Assembly: GCA_965215565.1 (NCBI GenBank)
Contig: CBDCDZ010000004.1
Span: forward strand, 352,001 to 416,000
DNA: 64,000 nucleotides
Source: Trueperaceae bacterium
Lineage (GTDB): Bacteria; Deinococcota; Deinococci; Deinococcales; Trueperaceae
Direction: 5' to 3'
Shown one piece after another: positions 59,543 to 64,000 of this stretch. The notes beneath the pieces were generated by a model. The model was not told where the DNA came from, did no database searches, and worked only from the letters and a program-made list of their open reading frames with translations. Position 1 is the stretch's first letter. Every line of letters begins with the position of its first letter. The position numbers and the translations under genes are program-made.

Positions 59543-60661
59543 TACCAAACTGAAAGATAGAAGTCACAGTTTGCCAAGTTGAGAGACAGCGAAATGCCAC
59601 CAGGGGAAGTTCGTCAAAAGTTCTAAAGGTTCCTTGTCGCTAGTGAATTGCTCGAGGACTCGGGTCAGCGCATCGTGAAGCGCATCAATAGTGCCGAAGC
59701 AGCAATTGGCGAGAGCGCGGCGAAACTCTTGAAACCAGCGCTCGACGGGGTTAAGTTCAGGGCTGTAGGGGGGCAAGGCGATGGAGAAGATATTCTCGGG
59801 AACCTCTATATCCTCCTTGCGGTGCGCCGGGGCGTTGTCCTTGAGTAGAAGAATCAGATCGTTAGGATAGGTTCGGCTGAATTCGGCGAGGAAGACCTCA
59901 TAGCAGTCACCGTCAAGTCTAGGAAGATAAAGACTGCAACTTTCACCCGTCATCGGTTCGACTGCGGTATAGAACCACGTCCATTCGTACTTACGTTGCA
60001 CGACGCAAGGTGGTCTAATACCTCGGCGACAGTAACGGCGTTTATGCCAGTTAATGAGCCCAAAGCGGGCTTCATCCATCGCAAAAACGCGGATGCGCTC
60101 ATAGCTTTCTTTGTCTTTTGGGAGTCTCGCAGCTAAGCGCCCGGCGAAGTTTTTTTGAACTCGGCTTGTGTTTCGGCATCCGCCTTCTCATGGCGGGGCC
60201 GTCCTACTTTGGCTTTGATCTGGTGGCGCTTGAACAGCTTGAGCACGCTACTGTCGTCTTTGTAGCTTACTCCGTGTTCGGCTACAAGTCGACGCGCTTG
60301 AGCATAGGTCGCTATCTCGCCTACGACAAGCGCGTCATTGAGCGCTTGCCAGGCTGCTTCTGTCATGCGCTCACCTGACGCCTTCCCCTGCTGCGATGGA
60401 GTTAGCAACGCATGTAGCCCCGCTTGCCGATACGCCTCAAACCACCGTTGACATTGCCGCAAGCTATAGCCTATTTGCTGCGCTACAGTAGGCAAACTCC
60501 TTGCTTCGCCGCTTTTGAGTTGCTTGAGCATACTCAGTCTTGTTCCTATTACGCTACGGCGATGCTCGCGTAAGAGCCTCGCCAATTCCTCCGGGCTTTC
60601 TTGAATAATTGCCTCATAATTGTGCATCCTTGTATTATGACATTGTTACTTCAGTTTGGTA
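59543..60661 (-). mobile_element. IS630-family element, apparently intact
   Basis: 12-bp TIR TACCAAACTGAA; TTA on both flanks; orfA 60133-60627; orfB DEARFG, DNAPAH and YSPELNPVE motifs; A7C slippery site near 60150. Confidence 0.93.
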
Positions 60662-61146
60662 TTAGTAATCTGCTCGGTGAGCGTTTCGTCCTCCTGCGCT
60701 CGCTTACTTGCAGGGCGTTTCAGCCAATCATAGAAACCGCTCACAGAAACCTGCAACACCTCAGCCATCAAGCTCACTGCCCACTGGCTGCGGTGCTCTC
60801 GGATGAAAGCGTATCTCACGTGCTTTCTTTCGCGAAGAACCCGACTGCCTTTTTTAGAATGTCACGCTCCTGTTTCACTCGCACGAGTTCTTTCTTCAGG
60901 CGCAGATTCTCCTCTTGCTCAGCCGTCAAAGCGACCCTGCCGTTGCCCGGAAACGCCAGCTCACCGCGCTCTTGCGCTTGCTTGCGCCCTTTCTAAAGGC
61001 TATGGTCGGATACGCCCAATTCCTCGGCTATTTGAACCACGCTTACACCCGGTTGCTGGCTTAGCCGCACGGCTTCCCGTTTGAATTCTGCCGTGTAGGT
61101 TCTTCTTGTCATGATGCCTCCATTCTCGCATTAGAGGCTTAACCTA

Positions 61147-62492
61147 TGGGCTTGGCTTAGAACCTTGGACACTCGAAGTATACAGCTACGCGGCTAGGCT
61201 CACCTCCTGATTCTCTTTTTTCTGTTGAGATAGTTCGAAAGTATCCGGCGTCTCGTAGCCGAGCGAGCTGTGCAGCCGCTCACGGTTGTATATAGACCTC
61301 GATATATTCGAACACGGCAACTCGGGCGTCATCGCGCGTAGCAAAGCGCTCAATGGGATAGACAAGTTCGCGTTTGAGCGTAGACCAGAAGCTCTCGATC
61401 GCAGCGTTGTCGAAGCACGCCCCCTTACCTGTAAAGCTTGGCAGCATCTTGTGCGTTTCGAGTTCGCGCTGGTAGGCATAGGAGGTGTATTGAGAACCCC
61501 TATCGCTATGATGGATCAGACCGGGCGGAGGTTTGCGCCGGGTCGTGGCTGAGCGCAGGGCTTGCAGCACGAGGTCAGTTTTCATGTTGTCTGCCATCGC
61601 ATAACCGACGATGCGCTTCGAGAAACCGTCCATGACGCCCGCCAAGTAAAGCCAGCCCTCAGCAGTAGGAATATACGTGATATCCACGTGCCAGACCTGA
61701 TTGATAGCGCTCGGACGCGGCTGTTCTAGCAAAAGGTTCTGGGTCTCAAGCTCGCAGCGCTCATGTTTGGAACGGTGTTTCTTGTGACTCACAGCGTAGA
61801 GCCCTTCACGCCGCATCAGCCTTTTGACTCATCCAGGGAACAGGCAACGTGTTGTTTCTTCAATTCGGCGTGGACACGGGGGCTGCCATAGCGTCCCTTG
61901 TTCTTCTCGAACACCGCCTTGATCTTCGCCAACAGCTCGGCGTTCTTTCGCTCGCGCTCGCTTGGCTCTCGGTGCTGACGAGCCCGCCAGTGGTAGTAGC
62001 TGCTCCTAGTCACGCCCAAGACCTCGCACAGCATGGAGACGGAGAACTCGCCCTGGTGCGCTTCGACGAAAGCGCAATTTAGGTCGTGTGTTTCGCAAAG
62101 TAGATGGCAGCCTTTTTTACAATCGCCAACTCCGTCTCGAGCCGTGACCGAAGGAAATCCTTTAGGGCTTCACCTCCGAGCGTAGACGCCGCAACTCGGC
62201 TTCATCAGCCGTGGGCTGTGCCCGTTTATGCCCCATCACTAAGCGCCCTCCCCGGTACTGCTTACGCCACTTGTGGATGTTCGACTCGGAAATGCCCAGA
62301 CTTCTCGCCGCCTCGGTGATACCGCCGTTCGTCCAGCTCGACTGGATAGCCCTTTTTCTCAACAAGTTCCACCGCGTCGATCTTAAACTCTACCGGATAC
62401 TGTCTGACTACTCTTTTTCCTTCTGCCATCATTCATCTCCTTGTCAAAGTCTACGTTCTACTAACTTTGTCCAAGGTGATAGGCCAACGCCA
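61147..62492 (-). mobile_element. Inner IS3-family element, defective
   Basis: 25-bp imperfect TIRs TGG..TTGGC.TA..ACCTTGGACA; CTA duplication; WHVDITY, HHSDRGSQY and DNAAIESF motifs; frameshifts. Confidence 0.93.
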
Positions 62493-62572
62493 CTAGTCTC
62501 CGTTTTAGCGGGGCAATATCAGTATTGAGCGTATCTCTGTGGAGAGAGAGGCGCAAGGGGGATTGAATTAGG

Positions 62573-62660
62573 TGTGCACTACTCCCTACTCGGGAGAGTA
62601 GTGCACAGTAAAAAATAAAACTGAAGCAAAGATTAAGCCCCTCTCGAGGAGGGGCGGGAG
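62573..62660. terminator. Two hairpins downstream of the secreted-protein gene
   Basis: TGTGCACTACTC...GAGTAGTGCACA followed by an A-rich run (U-rich on the minus strand); GCCCCTC...GAGGGGC. Confidence 0.55.
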
Positions 62661-62683
62661 TTCACTAGCGTACGAACTGTATG

Positions 62684-64000
62684 TTATTCAGGGTAAGGTT
62701 TGAGCGGTTGGCTGTAACGGTACGCTTGGATATGTTCAAACCCCGGTTTGTCGTGGTCGGCGAACCACTTGTCGCGCCGCGTGTTCCACTCCGCTTTTGC
62801 CGCCGAACCTTCGATAACCTTGAAGCAGTTCGAGCCGAACTTTTGCTGTAGTTTACTGAGTTGCGCTTTATGTGGATAGCTACTTCCGCCGTAGAGAAAG
62901 GTGACGTTAGTACACTCCGTGACGTAATCCACCGGGTTGATACCCCTGCTAGAGAATAGTGAGTTGGGACCGGATGGTTTCGGTGCCATGTAGATGGTGA
63001 CGTTGTTGAGCGCTAAGGGGCACGCTTTGCGGTGCTCCGGTTTTGTACCATTTGCGTCAAGCTGACTCTGCTCGTCCCATTTGAAAGGAAAGCCATAAGT
63101 ATTGGTTGCGCCACCATAGCCACTCGCTTGAGGTTTCATTGCGAAGAGCGTGTTCTTGACGGTCATAGTACCAGGAGTACGCTTGAACCCGTACTCGTAT
63201 CCGCGACAGGCGATCCCCACATAGGTCCAATCGACTAGCACGTTATCAATTGTTCCGGCAGCTCTCATGTCGTTGTCTAAGATGTCGTCGCCTGTATGCC
63301 GGAAGTAGGAGTGCGAGAGTGTCCAGTTCTCGGCATGATCACTTGCAGGGGCGGTTTTTCGACCGTTGACCCAGCGCACCGAACCGATGCTGAGCGCGTC
63401 GCCGGCTGTGTCGCCCGCTGCCCGCTCTATCTTAGCTCCTTTTGAACCCAAGATGCTCACGAAGTTACGCCCGCCGTGGAAGATGTTGTCCCAATTCGAG
63501 GTATCTTTGGCGTCAGTTTTGAGCGTGCCGCCCGAGACACATAGACCACTGCCATTGTCTTCAAGTCTAATTGCTGTAGGATTTTCGCTCGGGACCCCGG
63601 TGATGGTCTTGCCTGTCAACTTGACCTGGGCGTTTGCTGAAAGACTTCTGAGCCTCAAGCTGGTTGTATCTGTAGGTACCGTAGGGTTGGAACTCGTCAA
63701 ACAGGTAGAGATAGTAGGCGTAGGAGTGGGTGTAGGTGCAGATGTGCCACCGGGTGTGTAGCTCTTGCTAGAAGAAATCTCTAAGGCGTCAAGGGTAAAG
63801 CCGTCTTCACGCATCCACACATTAACCGTATGAACGCCTTTCGAGGGAACATTGATAGTAGCGACAGGTCCGCCCATCGTTTCGTTGACCCAGGTGTACG
63901 CCGTATCGAAGCCGCCATCGATATTATCGGCGCTGCTCACAGCGTTGCTATTAAATCCCACGTGCAAAGAGTTGCTCGAACTCGTTGGTCCACTCTTAGG
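62684..64000 (-). CDS. Modular, probably extracellular protein (beta-sandwich module, PT linker, beta-helix-like domain); start beyond the window
   Basis: Frame open to the right edge; NSLHVG..G.HTVNVWMREDG..LD; PTPTPTP linker; GD-rich repeats. Confidence 0.7.
   Translation of the reverse strand, partial: PKSGPTSSSNSLHVGFNSNAVSSADNIDGGFDTAYTWVNETMGGPVATINVPSKGVHTVNVWMREDGFTLDALEISSSKSYTPGGTSAPTPTPTPTISTCLTSSNPTVPTDTTSLRLRSLSANAQVKLTGKTITGVPSENPTAIRLEDNGSGLCVSGGTLKTDAKDTSNWDNIFHGGRNFVSILGSKGAKIERAAGDTAGDALSIGSVRWVNGRKTAPASDHAENWTLSHSYFRHTGDDILDNDMRAAGTIDNVLVDWTYVGIACRGYEYGFKRTPGTMTVKNTLFAMKPQASGYGGATNTYGFPFKWDEQSQLDANGTKPEHRKACPLALNNVTIYMAPKPSGPNSLFSSRGINPVDYVTECTNVTFLYGGSSYPHKAQLSKLQQKFGSNCFKVIEGSAAKAEWNTRRDKWFADHDKPGFEHIQAYRYSQPLKPYPE

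Larger units (their letters stand above)
59040..62521 (-). mobile_element. Outer IS3-family element (defective, 3' truncated) hosting two nested IS
   Basis: Left end TGATATTGCCCCGCT at 62521; orfA from 61112 (YTAEFKREAV, internal TAG); orfB YGSPRIH, WASDITY and HHSDQGSQY motifs. Confidence 0.88.

Overview
Moderately GC-rich bacterial chromosome segment. Gene content, leaderless -10/ATG starts and a TACGGATTCCG-ended repeat suggest Deinococcota (Truepera-like); this is an inference. 1-18.3 kb is core-like: a LacI-controlled beta-1,3-glucan/beta-glucoside locus (GH55, frameshifted GH1, ABC transporter), fructosamine kinase, LMW-PTP, ddl, a CinA-like/nucleotidyltransferase fusion, rsmD, an FAD oxidoreductase, GntR plus citrate synthase, and tRNA-Ala(TGC). 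Downstream of the tRNA is an accessory island of more than 45 kb with a dead phage-type integrase and many IS remnants. The main observation is that the island is punctuated by at least 11 clear and several degenerate copies of a 34-bp imperfect palindrome (14-bp arm / 6-bp core, usually GCGCGC / 14-bp arm). The copies fall at boundaries of self-contained gene modules: three Xre/RES toxin-antitoxin pairs, an M23 peptidase, a GNAT, MarR-VOC-EVE, an HNH pair, a sugar ABC cluster and a phosphatase cluster. One copy sits 65-66 bp upstream of each of two copies of a XerD-like tyrosine recombinase (one intact, one with a nonsense codon). This looks like a recombinase-driven cassette array distinct from integrons (attC) and XerCD/pdif modules. 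The window also has several families of very small (37-39 bp) double-hairpin insertion elements and 100-160 bp MITEs that interrupt genes and nest in one another. All calls are by eye; no database searches were run.
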